The notes: a model not told the origin generated them from the letters alone. A stretch of 64,000 nucleotides of DNA from OCS155 cluster bacterium AG-422-J23 (GCA_003213625.1 QCMT01000002.1:150152-214151); one strand, 5' to 3'; shown: positions 1-9,436, counted from the first letter of the stretch. Numbers and translations: made by a program.

Positions 1-177
1 CCTTTTTTATCTACAAGAAGAAGATACACATTTTGGCAGAAAATTAGATTTTTATTATTTTACTTTTACTATATAAATCAAACTTTATTTTTTAATCAAA
101 GAGATTTTTGGTTTCAAAGACCTTCTCTTAAAGATAAAATAATTTATCATTATCGCAAATTAAAGAACAATCCTTAA
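1..177 (+). CDS. 3' end of an unidentified CDS entering from upstream (partial)
   Basis: Frame 1 is open from base 1 to TAA at 175-177 (58 codons, ending ...YHYRKLKNNP*). No family recognised. Too short for the ORF track. Confidence 0.3.
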   Translation, partial: PFLSTRRRYTFWQKIRFLLFYFYYINQTLFFNQRDFWFQRPSLKDKIIYHYRKLKNNP

Positions 178-200
178 ACTCATTTGATGGTAGATTGTAA

Positions 201-974
201 ATGAAAAGTGACTTAAGTAATTATAAATATAACAAATATTCTCAATGGGGCGAAGATGGTATTTTAGAAGAAATATTAACTCGACTTGAAATTAAAAACT
301 ATGAAGACATCTGGGTTGTAGAGTTTGGTGCTTGGGATGGAAAGCACCTAAGTAATACTTTTAATTTAATTGAAAAAGGAGCCAATTCAGTTTTGATTGA
401 AGGAGATAAGAATAGGTTTAATGATCTTCTAGAAACTAAGAAAATGTATGAAAAAATTATCCCAGTAAATAAGTTTGTTGAAGCAAAAGGCGTAAATAGT
501 TTGAACAGGATTTTAGAGGACACTTCTATTAAAACAAATTATGAAATACTGTCTATTGACGTTGATAGTTACGAAAATTTAGAAATTTGGAAAAACTACA
601 AAGGCAATCCAACAATTGTAATTATTGAAATAAATGCTGCTTATCTTCCATTTGAGAGGGGTATTAGTAAAGATGTAGGTAATACATTTTATGATACAAA
701 TAAAGTTGGTGAAGAAAAAGGTTACAAGCTAATAGCACATACACCGAATCTAATTTTCATTAAAAAAGATAAACTAGAAAAAATATTTAAAAACACATCC
801 TATAAACCAAATAGCTTTTTTAATTATCGTCATTTTTTAAAATGGAGAAATATTACTAGAAGAGAAATAATTAAACTATTATTTAAAAATTTTTCGGAAG
901 TTTCATTATTACCAATGGTAATAAAACTTCTTCCCCAAAAAATAAAAATAAAAATTATTGATAAGTTTTATTAG
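201..974 (+). CDS. FkbM-like SAM-dependent methyltransferase (putative)
   Basis: 257-aa ORF. YSQWGEDGIL...VVEFGAWDGKHLSNTFNLIE...VLIEGD resembles the FkbM-family SAM-binding core (SQxGED / xGAxDGxxSNT / IEx). Confidence 0.55.
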   Translation: MKSDLSNYKYNKYSQWGEDGILEEILTRLEIKNYEDIWVVEFGAWDGKHLSNTFNLIEKGANSVLIEGDKNRFNDLLETKKMYEKIIPVNKFVEAKGVNSLNRILEDTSIKTNYEILSIDVDSYENLEIWKNYKGNPTIVIIEINAAYLPFERGISKDVGNTFYDTNKVGEEKGYKLIAHTPNLIFIKKDKLEKIFKNTSYKPNSFFNYRHFLKWRNITRREIIKLLFKNFSEVSLLPMVIKLLPQKIKIKIIDKFY

Positions 975-1568
975 TTAATCAACGGTTTTCCATAAATGTA
1001 ATGAAGCAATAGTTTTATATGGAGACCATTTTTCAGCGTATGAATCATATTTTTTCCAATCACTATCAGGTTTTACAAACCCTCCTCTGTTCATAGCAAG
1101 TCTTAGTCCTGCATCTTTTGAAGTAAAAACATCAAGCTCACCTAAACAGAAAATTTCAAACATATTTACAGACCACGATCCAATTCCGAATATTGACATT
1201 AATCTATCATTTAAAGTTTTCTCATTAAGCATTGATAAATCTTTAAAATTTTGACTTAAAAATAATTCTGAAATCTCTTTTATTGTTCTTGCTTTGTTTC
1301 TACTTAGTCCTAATTTTTTAATTTGTCCGATTGTAAGGTTTTGAAATTGTTTCTCATTTAAATATTCTGAATTAAAGCTTTTTCTTAATTTATTAAAAAT
1401 AGAGTTTGCCGCTTTTGTAGATATAAATTGAGAGATAATTATTCCAACGAGTGTATCAAATTGATTATTTTTAACAGGCTTAAAAATAATATGACCATTT
1501 GTATCAATTATTTTTTTTAGTTTCTTATCTTTCTGACGTAAATATTCTTCTTCTTTTGAAAATCTCAT
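975..1568 (-). CDS. HhH-GPD family DNA-3-methyladenine glycosylase (AlkA-like, short form)
   Basis: 197-aa ORF. LSRNKARTIKEISELF...IFGIGSWSVNMFEIFCLGELDVFTSKDAGLRLAM matches the helix-hairpin-helix/Gly-Pro...Asp region of AlkA-type glycosylases. Confidence 0.75.
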   Translation of the reverse strand: MRFSKEEEYLRQKDKKLKKIIDTNGHIIFKPVKNNQFDTLVGIIISQFISTKAANSIFNKLRKSFNSEYLNEKQFQNLTIGQIKKLGLSRNKARTIKEISELFLSQNFKDLSMLNEKTLNDRLMSIFGIGSWSVNMFEIFCLGELDVFTSKDAGLRLAMNRGGFVKPDSDWKKYDSYAEKWSPYKTIASLHLWKTVD

Positions 1569-1585
1569 TAGAGAATTTTATAAAT

Positions 1586-1798
1586 CTAAATTATTTTGAG
1601 AACTCTAAGCACTCTAAAGACTACAAAGATTATTACAAGAACAATAGCCCAACCCAATATTATATCTCCCAAATCAGCGTCTACACCTATCTGTTTTGCG
1701 CTACCTGCACCTCCAATAAGAGCACAAATGGAATAGCCGAGTACTTTATAAAGTTCTAATTTTTGTTTTTTATCTACGTTCTTAAATCTATCAAACAT
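1586..1798 (-). CDS. small two-helix membrane protein (unknown function), paralog of 1817-2065
   Basis: 70-aa ORF with two hydrophobic segments. The C-terminus IFVVFRVLRVLKII parallels LYVVFRALKYFKLI of its neighbour. Confidence 0.45.
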   Translation of the reverse strand: MFDRFKNVDKKQKLELYKVLGYSICALIGGAGSAKQIGVDADLGDIILGWAIVLVIIFVVFRVLRVLKII

Positions 1799-1816
1799 AT
1801 ATGTATCTTAATTAAT

Positions 1817-2065
1817 TTAAATGAGTTTAAAGTATTTTAAAGCTCGAAATACGACATATAAAGTAATAAAAAGAATTCCAAGAGCATAAATAACTTCACT
1901 AACGCTTACATTTGGAGGTACATGAAGTCCGCCATATCCTAAAGCAAGTACAATGCCAAAAACTATTTTGATCCATTGTTTTTTTCTTTCGTCCGAATCT
2001 TCTGTTTCTTGGGCGGTTTTAAGATTTTTTTTAATATATGCATAAATAAGCTGAAAAAAATTCAT
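1817..2065 (-). CDS. small two-helix membrane protein (unknown function), paralog of 1586-1798
   Basis: 82-aa ORF with two hydrophobic segments and a conserved C-terminal VVFRxL..K.I tail shared with the adjacent ORF. Confidence 0.45.
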   Translation of the reverse strand: MNFFQLIYAYIKKNLKTAQETEDSDERKKQWIKIVFGIVLALGYGGLHVPPNVSVSEVIYALGILFITLYVVFRALKYFKLI

Positions 2066-2131
2066 AAGTAAATTATATAAATTTGGACGACATATCGTAT
2101 GATGTTTTATTTTTACTAGGTAAAAACCCTG

Positions 2132-2204
2132 TGGCCAGAGGCAGAATCGAACTGCCGACCCCTTGTTTTTCAGACAAGTGCTCTACCGACTGAGCTATCT
2201 GGCC
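2132..2204 (-). tRNA. tRNA-Phe (anticodon GAA)
   Basis: Hand-folded 73-nt cloverleaf: acceptor GGCCAGA/TCTGGCC, anticodon arm CTTGT-CTGAAAA-ACAAG, T arm GGCAG-TTCGATT-CTGCC. CCA is not encoded. Confidence 0.9.
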
Positions 2205-2211
2205 TTTTTTG

Positions 2212-2286
2212 CGGGGACGACGGGATTCGAACCCGCGACCTCCTGCGTGACAGGCAGGCGTAAACTCCAGACTTTACCACGCCCCC
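2212..2286 (-). tRNA. tRNA-Asp (anticodon GUC)
   Basis: Hand-folded 75-nt cloverleaf: acceptor GGGGGCG/CGTCCCC (one G-U pair), anticodon arm CCTGC-CTGTCAC-GCAGG, T arm GCGGG-TTCGAAT-CCCGT, discriminator G. Lies 7 nt from tRNA-Phe. Confidence 0.9.
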
Positions 2287-2356
2287 GTAAGGATAAGATA
2301 AATTATAATGTGAAAAAAACTCAAACCAATAGAATTCATTACAATAATATAGAATT

Positions 2357-3820
2357 ATGAAACTAAGTAGTTTTTTAAAATATTCATTAAGATTTCTTAT
2401 CTTACAATTTACACTTACCTACACATCGATTTATTATTTTAATAATTTTTTAATCCCTACAAAATATTGTGAGCTATGTGTGGGAAATAGCTTTCGACTT
2501 CAAATAAACAATAACCTTTGGGAAGACAGGAATAGATTTTTCCCTTTCATTGCTGAAAGATACTCTGAGATTGAATATTTTATAGGTTTTTTTATATTCT
2601 TATTTTTAATAATCCTTTATTCGACAAAATTTTATACATATGTAAATGAGTTGAGTTTCTCATTAGATAGAAGCTATTTTGACGAATACATTTCTATATA
2701 TCTTTTATGGACGAGTACATTCTTTATATTTCTCACAATATTTAGGATATCAAGTTTAATCTCAAGAGCGAACCTTATTTTATTCACTCTAATAGTGCCA
2801 ATAATATTATTGTTATTTAGAAATAGTGAGTATATATCTTCCGTATTGGGACGCTCTGTTACAAATGAAAACTACATAACATTCAATCTTGAAAAAGATT
2901 CAATATTCAGCAATTTAAGAATTATGACTTTTCGTAAAAAAATTGAGGATTTTACAAACGTATCTTTTAGTAATTACACAGATATTATCAATAAGATAGA
3001 TACTGTAAATAAAGAGCATAACCTTAATTTGGTAGTTTTAAATTTTAATGATGAAAAAACTATAAATAAAAATTTAGAAAAGTATTTAATCAATTTAAAT
3101 AAAAAGATTTTAATTATTTCAAAAAATGAAATTCGATTTAATAATTATTTTTTAAATCGAACTGAAGAAGTTTCAGGTTATTTACTAACTTATTTTAATA
3201 ATGACATTCAATACGGCTCAAAATATATACTCAAACGTGTTTTAGATATTTCCCTCTCAATAGTTGGAATTATTCTTTTCTCACCAATATTTATTTTGAT
3301 TTACGTATATATATATTCATTAGATGGTTCAAATGTGATCATAAAACAAGACCGAGTAGGACTTCACGGTAAACACTTTAAAATGTACAAATTTAGAACA
3401 ATGAAAAAAGGGTCTCATGACATGAGGGAAGAGCTTGAAGAGTTAAATAAAAATGACAAAGCTATTTTTAAAATTGAGAATGATCCGCGAATAATAAAAG
3501 GTACAGAATTTCTTAGAAATTACAGTCTTGATGAACTACCTCAATTTTTTAATGTAATAAAAGGAAATATGTCTATTGTTGGTCCAAGACCACTGTTTGA
3601 TGAAGACACAAAGCTCTTTAATGAAGTTTATATGAGAAGATTAAATGTAATTCCTGGGATAACAGGTTTGTTACAGATAAACGAGAGAAATGCGTCTGAG
3701 TTTGAGACATGGTACAAATATGACATTGAATATATCGAAAATTGGACGCTGTTTTTGGATATGAAAATAATTTTAAAAACACCCCTATCTCTTATAAGGG
3801 GAAAAACAAAAGGCTTGTAG
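2357..3820 (+). CDS. polyprenyl-phosphate glycosylphosphotransferase (WbaP/bacterial sugar transferase family), initiating enzyme
   Basis: 487 aa with an N-terminal multi-TM region. The C-terminal LKRVLDISLSIVGIILFSPIF...KQDRVGLHGKHFKMYKFRTM...DPRI...DELPQFFNVIKGNMSIVGPRP is the classic bacterial sugar transferase motif set. Confidence 0.85.
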   Translation: MKLSSFLKYSLRFLILQFTLTYTSIYYFNNFLIPTKYCELCVGNSFRLQINNNLWEDRNRFFPFIAERYSEIEYFIGFFIFLFLIILYSTKFYTYVNELSFSLDRSYFDEYISIYLLWTSTFFIFLTIFRISSLISRANLILFTLIVPIILLLFRNSEYISSVLGRSVTNENYITFNLEKDSIFSNLRIMTFRKKIEDFTNVSFSNYTDIINKIDTVNKEHNLNLVVLNFNDEKTINKNLEKYLINLNKKILIISKNEIRFNNYFLNRTEEVSGYLLTYFNNDIQYGSKYILKRVLDISLSIVGIILFSPIFILIYVYIYSLDGSNVIIKQDRVGLHGKHFKMYKFRTMKKGSHDMREELEELNKNDKAIFKIENDPRIIKGTEFLRNYSLDELPQFFNVIKGNMSIVGPRPLFDEDTKLFNEVYMRRLNVIPGITGLLQINERNASEFETWYKYDIEYIENWTLFLDMKIILKTPLSLIRGKTKGL

Positions 3821-3893
3821 TGGGTCGGGTGGGAATCGAACCCACGACCTTGAGCTTAAAAGGCTCCTGCTCTGCCGATTGAGCTACCGACCC
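3821..3893 (-). tRNA. tRNA-Lys (anticodon UUU)
   Basis: Hand-folded 73-nt cloverleaf: acceptor GGGTCGG/CCGACCC, anticodon loop CTTTTAA, T arm GTGGG-TTCGATT-CCCAC. Its 3' end directly abuts the stop codon of the convergent CDS at 3820. Confidence 0.9.
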
Positions 3894-3953
3894 TAAATGA
3901 ATTATTCGAATTATAAGCAATATAAGAATAACGTTAAATTATTTTAATAGAGG

Positions 3954-4661
3954 TTAAGAGTTATTTAAATACCACTCATTATGTTCCTGCATCAACGCTA
4001 ACTTTTTGTCGCCCCGAACATAATTAAAATGAATAATATATGGATCTAAACGTTTATAGTTTTCGTAATAATGAGCACCATTTGGAAAATCATCTAAGGG
4101 CAGAATCTCATAACTGAACTTTTTTTTATTTTTGTTTATGTAAGACTGATCGTGTGTTTTATATTTAGTAAATTTTTTGACTAATTTTTTCGTCGGTTCA
4201 AAAAATTTAACTGTAGTTTCATTTGATTTAATATACATAAAACCAGCACAAACCCATTCTCTATTAGGCTTTGAAGGTCTTAAGTCATTTTGAAAAACTA
4301 TATCTGAAGTAGGTGAGAATTTGGATAAATACTCTTTAAATTGTTTTTTGAAGACAATATCTCCATCGACATACACTACATTATCATTTTCTAATAGTTC
4401 TTTGTAAATTAATTCAAATTTAACAAGCATCAAATTTCCAAAGTTTTGGTCAGCTTGACTTAAGTATCTATCCGCAAAATCAGTTTTTTTATAAAGTTCA
4501 ACTTTATCATGTAGATCAGAGAAAATATTGTGTGAATATTCATCCAGCGCATATACTTTGATGTTTTCATTAACATCATTTTTTTTATTTGAGATAAGTA
4601 AATTTTTTGTATAGTCAACGTATCCTTTATTTGTAAATGTTATAAAGTTTAAATCAGACAA
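3954..4661 (-). CDS. nucleotide-diphospho-sugar transferase-like glycosyltransferase (PF03407-like)
   Basis: 235 aa. FITFTNKGYVDYTKNLL...VVYVDGDIVF (DxD) plus a C-terminal HFNY region resemble the nucleotide-diphospho-sugar transferase family. Judged by eye only. Confidence 0.5.
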   Translation of the reverse strand: MSDLNFITFTNKGYVDYTKNLLISNKKNDVNENIKVYALDEYSHNIFSDLHDKVELYKKTDFADRYLSQADQNFGNLMLVKFELIYKELLENDNVVYVDGDIVFKKQFKEYLSKFSPTSDIVFQNDLRPSKPNREWVCAGFMYIKSNETTVKFFEPTKKLVKKFTKYKTHDQSYINKNKKKFSYEILPLDDFPNGAHYYENYKRLDPYIIHFNYVRGDKKLALMQEHNEWYLNNS

Positions 4662-4666
4662 AATAA

Positions 4667-4915
4667 TTATTCTTCCTCTGATGAAGCTTTAACAATTTCG
4701 ATTTCTGAATTGTTTGATTTGCCAATTTGATTGGTTATCTTTGTTAACTCATTTTCAACATTTTTAATTTTATAAACTGTGTCGTTTAAATTAATTTCTT
4801 GATTTAAATTTTTTACTTCATCTGTAATTTTTTTTAATGAATTAATACTTTCTTCCAAAGATATTCTTAATTGATCTGCTAGATCATTATTATCACTCTT
4901 ATTTTCCTCTGACAT
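4667..4915 (-). CDS. hypothetical acidic coiled-coil protein
   Basis: 82-aa ORF packed 5 nt from its downstream neighbour. Heptad-like E/K/N/L-rich sequence with no recognisable family. Confidence 0.4.
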   Translation of the reverse strand: MSEENKSDNNDLADQLRISLEESINSLKKITDEVKNLNQEINLNDTVYKIKNVENELTKITNQIGKSNNSEIEIVKASSEEE

Positions 4916-4935
4916 AAAAATGATTATAAAAGTTT

Positions 4936-5778
4936 TTAAATTTTAGCTTTGTCACTAAATTTTAGATCTGGCTTACGAGTTATTCTTTGTTTAGCCCATC
5001 TTGCTGGAGGAATTAGTCTAAAGAAAGGTGGGAGAAATGGTCTTGTATATTTTAGAATGCTTAAATTAACCTTTAGAATTAAACTTTTAATTTTTGTGGT
5101 TTTTATTCCATATACATTTTTGAATTCTTCTGGCAGAGTATGAAAAGCTGTAAAAGCAATAAATGGCCATATTGGTTTGATATGTTTGGGCACAGGACCT
5201 CCTGCAATTATATTTTTTACATCTTTTGCAACATCAGTTAAAAGTAATAAGTCTTTATCTTTGCTTTTTTTAATTACCCATTCTTTAAGATCAATGTGGG
5301 TTTTTGGCATTTTTTCAATATCGATTAGTACAAGTTTTGCTGAAACCATATTTTCCTTGTGATAGTTGTCTTTTTCTATATCTGTAAGTTTTTTTACAGT
5401 CTTTTCATAAAAATATATAGATGATAGCTGAAGACAAGCATGAACCCATAGAAGCTGATCATGATCAAGAGCATCGTAATAACCACCAGTAATATCATCT
5501 TCCCCATTTATAACTTCATGAAGTTTATTTATTCTATTTGCACTTTCATCTGCTTCATCAATAGTCCCAAAAGTGACTGAATTCTGAAGAGATAAAGTTC
5601 TTATCAATCTCTTCCATGGATCTCTTTGATAAAACGATGTTTGTCTTGCGCCTGCAGCGATTAAAGGATGAGCTGCGTGCATTAATAAGGCTCTTGCACC
5701 ACCAAAAAGAACAGTGATTTCTTTATTTACTTTCCACATCATAGAAGTTGGTCCGAAATATCCAGCATCTGATTTCAT
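4936..5778 (-). CDS. MpaB/DUF2236-family oxygenase-like protein
   Basis: 280 aa. MWKVNKE..VLFGGARALLMHAAHPLIAAG...YQRDPWKRLIRT...ANRINKLH matches the conserved N-terminal half of DUF2236/MpaB proteins. Confidence 0.6.
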   Translation of the reverse strand: MKSDAGYFGPTSMMWKVNKEITVLFGGARALLMHAAHPLIAAGARQTSFYQRDPWKRLIRTLSLQNSVTFGTIDEADESANRINKLHEVINGEDDITGGYYDALDHDQLLWVHACLQLSSIYFYEKTVKKLTDIEKDNYHKENMVSAKLVLIDIEKMPKTHIDLKEWVIKKSKDKDLLLLTDVAKDVKNIIAGGPVPKHIKPIWPFIAFTAFHTLPEEFKNVYGIKTTKIKSLILKVNLSILKYTRPFLPPFFRLIPPARWAKQRITRKPDLKFSDKAKI

Positions 5779-5873
5779 ATGAGAATGATATCAAATAAGT
5801 AGTTTATTAAAAATTGATATAACTTGAAAAAATTGAACTAAGGATAATAAAGTTAATATAATTTTCTATGTAA

Positions 5874-6191
5874 ATGGAAATAGACGATATTGATATAGAA
5901 AATAGTTGTGGAATTCAACCAGCTGGAGTTACCTATACCGATCCTGGAAATGATCCAAATTTTGTTTTTGTTAACGATCCCAGTTTTGAAACTTTAGTTT
6001 TATACGATATTGAGGGCAATGTAATCAATGTGAATTCTTGGATAGAGTGTGCTCATTATGTAAAGGGAGGTTGGGTTAATACTATTATTGCAAATTATCC
6101 TGGTGACAAATATTTAGTATTTTCTTTGATATTTTTAGCATTGATTTCTACTTCCTTGTTTATTTATAAAAAAAGATTTAAGAATGCTTAA
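5874..6191 (+). CDS. hypothetical C-terminally anchored protein
   Basis: 105-aa ORF with a single C-terminal hydrophobic helix (LVFSLIFLALISTSLFIY) followed by KKRFK. Overlaps the next gene by 8 nt. Confidence 0.4.
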   Translation: MEIDDIDIENSCGIQPAGVTYTDPGNDPNFVFVNDPSFETLVLYDIEGNVINVNSWIECAHYVKGGWVNTIIANYPGDKYLVFSLIFLALISTSLFIYKKRFKNA

Positions 6192-8247
6192 ATATAAAAA
6201 CTATTTATTTATTATTTTGATCATATTAATAACTTCTATCTTGCCATTTTCAAATTTGTTTTCAGATAGTGAATTTGAGGCCGTCAGAATAGATGAATCA
6301 TCTATTGGTTATTATCAATCAAGAACTTGTAGTATTTCTTTGATTGACGTTTTTCTTGAAAATATCGGAAACAACAACAAAATAAAATATAACAATAACA
6401 ATTATGTAGGCATTGAATGTTTTGGGAAAGTGACCGGCTTAGATAAATCACTGACTATTAGCCAACTTTCCGATACGGGCTTGGATCAAATAAGTAATAC
6501 CTATATTGTCTCGATTGGGACAAACTCTCAATTAACTTTTGTACTTCAATCAATTATATGGTGTTTATTCTTTTTTTTAATTAGAGGAAAGACGAATTAC
6601 AATATAAATTTCTTAATTATTTTATTTTTGTCTCTTACTTTTACTTTCCAACATCTTAGTGAAGGAAGATTTTATTCCCAAGTAAACAAATATTATGATG
6701 CCTCAATGACTTTAAAAAATTATTATTTAATTGCTGTATTTATTACTTTTTATTTGATTTTTTTATATATTTCGATATTTATAGATAAACAAGATTCAAC
6801 ATTAATTAATTATGTTCCTTTTGCATTTCTTTTTGTTGGAACATTCAATGGCAAGAATATAAATTTTTATTTGATTATCCTTAGCTATTTTGGACTAAAG
6901 CATATTTTGAATAAAAATTTCATTAATAGATTTAATATTTCTTATTTTATATTCTCTCTATTGTGGTTTTTATCTAGAAGAGATTCTAATTCTTTTTTTG
7001 ATACAGATAAATTAAGAGGATTTATAAATTCTTCTAACAATCATTTTTCTTTATTATTTTGGTCTTTCATTATTTGGTTATCTATTAATGGCTTAATATT
7101 TTTATATAAGAAATCTGATGTAAACATTTATTTGTTGAAAAGAAACTTTCTAATATCGGGTATTTTAATAGTATTTTTTGGAATTATAGGAGCAATATCT
7201 CCCTTTTCAAACTTTATGAATTTTATGACATTTGGTCAAAACAAAAGAGGTATCAATTCAATAATTAGTGTCGCAGGAAATACCTGGAGAGGCTTTGGAG
7301 CAAGTGCTGAGTCTTACGGTGAATATTTTGGTTTCATAATTTTATTTCTATTTATCTTATTTATATCTAAAAAGATCAAAGTCGATAATGTTCAATTTAT
7401 TCTTTTGGTCATTGGGATTGTTGGAGTTGTATATGGTTTATATAAGACAAACAACTTTGCTTCTGCCTTATCACTTTTCTTACTACCATTTTTAATACTA
7501 TTAAATCAAAAAGTTTCAAATAAGGATTTATTAGTAAAAATTAAAATTGTTTTTATATTAATCGTGTTTGTTTCGTTATTTTTCCTCATTCAAATGATGA
7601 ATTATGAATATGTAAGTACTGAGTTGCTATATGAATCTGCTCAACACTCAAATTTGTTTGAAAATCTTGATAATCATGAAAAGTTTCTTGAAATAACAAA
7701 TTATTTTAATGAAGGACAAATTGATGGATTATTGAATGTTGCAAATGAAGGAAAGAGCTCAACGACTCTGACTTTCCTATCAAGAATCTATACACAAAAT
7801 ACTTTTAATCTTCCGCTAATCCCAAATATTGTTTCAATCATAAGTTTGGTATCAATTCTTATAAATAGAACAGAAATGTGGGGAATTTTTATTGCAAAAT
7901 ATAGTCCAAATCTATTAGAAAGTCTTTTTGGAAATGGACCGTATCAATTGAATAACTATTTATTTATCCAAGATATTAGGCTAGATGTACCTGATCGAAG
8001 AATAAACTCTTTATTTCTTCCGCATTCTTCTTTTTTAGATATCATTATTTTCTTTGGCTTAGTTGGATTTACATTTTTTATTGTTTATAACGCCTACCTT
8101 TATTTCATAAAACATAAAAATTCTGAATATAGATATCTTTTATTGTTCTTAATAATCAATTTTTCTAAAAGTGATTCATTATTATATATATCTTCAGTGC
8201 TGCTCTTATGGTTGGTTTACACAATTTTAGATAAGGAAAAGACATGA
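6184..8247 (+). CDS. O-antigen ligase/polymerase-like polytopic membrane protein (Wzy_C-type)
   Basis: 687 aa with many TM segments. NRTEMWGIF...FGNGPYQ...LPHSSFLDIIIFFGLVGF resembles the R..W / GxG / H(N)xxL..E.G..G block of the Wzy_C/WaaL domain. Confidence 0.65.
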   Translation: MLKYKNYLFIILIILITSILPFSNLFSDSEFEAVRIDESSIGYYQSRTCSISLIDVFLENIGNNNKIKYNNNNYVGIECFGKVTGLDKSLTISQLSDTGLDQISNTYIVSIGTNSQLTFVLQSIIWCLFFFLIRGKTNYNINFLIILFLSLTFTFQHLSEGRFYSQVNKYYDASMTLKNYYLIAVFITFYLIFLYISIFIDKQDSTLINYVPFAFLFVGTFNGKNINFYLIILSYFGLKHILNKNFINRFNISYFIFSLLWFLSRRDSNSFFDTDKLRGFINSSNNHFSLLFWSFIIWLSINGLIFLYKKSDVNIYLLKRNFLISGILIVFFGIIGAISPFSNFMNFMTFGQNKRGINSIISVAGNTWRGFGASAESYGEYFGFIILFLFILFISKKIKVDNVQFILLVIGIVGVVYGLYKTNNFASALSLFLLPFLILLNQKVSNKDLLVKIKIVFILIVFVSLFFLIQMMNYEYVSTELLYESAQHSNLFENLDNHEKFLEITNYFNEGQIDGLLNVANEGKSSTTLTFLSRIYTQNTFNLPLIPNIVSIISLVSILINRTEMWGIFIAKYSPNLLESLFGNGPYQLNNYLFIQDIRLDVPDRRINSLFLPHSSFLDIIIFFGLVGFTFFIVYNAYLYFIKHKNSEYRYLLLFLIINFSKSDSLLYISSVLLLWLVYTILDKEKT

Positions 8248-9362
8248 AAATTGAAAACAAGATATCTTATGTAACTTATCAGACTTTTCCTGCAAAAACG
8301 GCAAATAGTTTACAAACTATTTCAAATATAAAATATTTAAATAGAAATGGATTTAATGTGGAACTTATTTTTCCCTTACGATCATCAGATAGTTCAAACG
8401 ATTTAAAAAAGATTAAAAATTTTTATAATTTAGATGAAGATATCACTATTCGGGGATTAAAGCACAATCTTCCTTTTGGAAAATTCAAATATTTTGAACG
8501 CCTTTTGTTCTTAATTAGTCACTTTATTTGGTCCAAAAACACCACAAAAACATTACAAATGGAGCTCAATCAACCAAAAAGTTACTTTACAAGATCTGAT
8601 TGGATTTTTTATTTCTTATCAAGACAAAGAATACCCGTTGTCTATGAATGCCATCAATTTACAAAATTTAGAAAGATAATTATTAATAAAAGTCTTAAAA
8701 GCAAAAAGTCAAAAGTTATTTTTTTAAATGAATATTTAAAAGAAGATTATGAAAAGAAATATCAACTAAATGATAACTCCATAGTCTTACATAATGGTGT
8801 TGATCTTGAATATTTTAAAAACTCAGAAAAAAATATTAATGAACTAATCTTTGTTGGTAATTTAAAAAGATTTAACAAAAAAAGAGATATCCATTTTCTT
8901 TTAAGAGCAATAAAAGAGCTTGACAGCAGATATACACTGAAAATAATAGGGGCAAAAGAATCTGAGTTCTACGAGTTACAAAATGATATTGATAAACTTC
9001 AAATAAGTGACCGGGTAGCTGTTTTAGGATATCTAAATCATAAAGAAACAGTACAAGAGTTGGTTAAGTCAGGAATCGGCATATTAATCAACACTGATTT
9101 AAATATTCATTCAACAAGATACACTTCTCCTTTGAAATATTTTGAATATCTAGCAGCTGGTTTAAAAATTTTAGCTGTAGATTATGAAGCTCATAGAAAG
9201 CTTCCTTTTGCTGAAAATATATCTTTTTTTAAAAATTCAGATATAGAAAGTTTTCAAGAAGCTCTTAAAAACTTAAATCTTAAAGGAAGTTTAGAAGAAA
9301 GTAACAATAGAAAAATTTCACTTGATACTAGAGCAAAGTTAATTATAGAAAATTTACCATAG
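8244..9362 (+). CDS. GT4-type (GT-B fold) glycosyltransferase
   Basis: 372 aa. The C-terminal YTSPLKYFEYLAAGLKILAVD is the E-x7-E-like GT1/GT4 signature. 4-nt overlap with the upstream gene. Confidence 0.75.
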   Translation: MKIENKISYVTYQTFPAKTANSLQTISNIKYLNRNGFNVELIFPLRSSDSSNDLKKIKNFYNLDEDITIRGLKHNLPFGKFKYFERLLFLISHFIWSKNTTKTLQMELNQPKSYFTRSDWIFYFLSRQRIPVVYECHQFTKFRKIIINKSLKSKKSKVIFLNEYLKEDYEKKYQLNDNSIVLHNGVDLEYFKNSEKNINELIFVGNLKRFNKKRDIHFLLRAIKELDSRYTLKIIGAKESEFYELQNDIDKLQISDRVAVLGYLNHKETVQELVKSGIGILINTDLNIHSTRYTSPLKYFEYLAAGLKILAVDYEAHRKLPFAENISFFKNSDIESFQEALKNLNLKGSLEESNNRKISLDTRAKLIIENLP

Positions 9363-9436
9363 TACGCCTGGAGGGATTCGAACCCCCAACCCTCTGATCC
9401 GAAGTCAGATGCTCTATCCAGTTAAGCTACAGGCGC
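9363..9436 (-). tRNA. tRNA-Arg (anticodon UCG)
   Basis: Hand-folded 74-nt cloverleaf: acceptor GCGCCTG/CAGGCGT (G1-U72), anticodon arm TCTGA-CTTCGGA-TCAGA, T arm GGGGG-TTCGAAT-CCCTC. Its 3' end abuts the stop codon at 9362. Confidence 0.88.

Noticed and set aside
299-523. Short antisense 'shadow' ORFs inside longer genes. They are 299-523, 1499-1759, 4949-5143, 5177-5362, 16017-16202, 18838-19029, 22377-22565, 28337-28546, 31165-31404, 34239-34469, 35809-35991, 38102-38323, 38866-39132, 45386-45622, 46243-46476, 48305-48493, 50811-51041, 54860-55042, 55658-55849, 62028-62279, 62447-62647 and 62752-62967.
   Set aside because: Each is fully or largely nested opposite a longer ORF with recognisable family motifs. 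They are low-complexity translations typical of AT-rich DNA, and none has a motif of its own.
935-962. A-rich quasi-repeat (aaaaataaaaataaaaatt), and similar poly-A/T and NNN/KKK-coding runs throughout (for example 6371-6410)
   Set aside because: These are low-complexity consequences of the extreme AT bias inside coding sequence. They are not discrete repeat elements.
2163-2360. 65-aa ORF from the six-frame track
   Set aside because: It lies antisense across tRNA-Phe and tRNA-Asp. Its 'protein' is just the translated tRNA complement, so it is an artefact.
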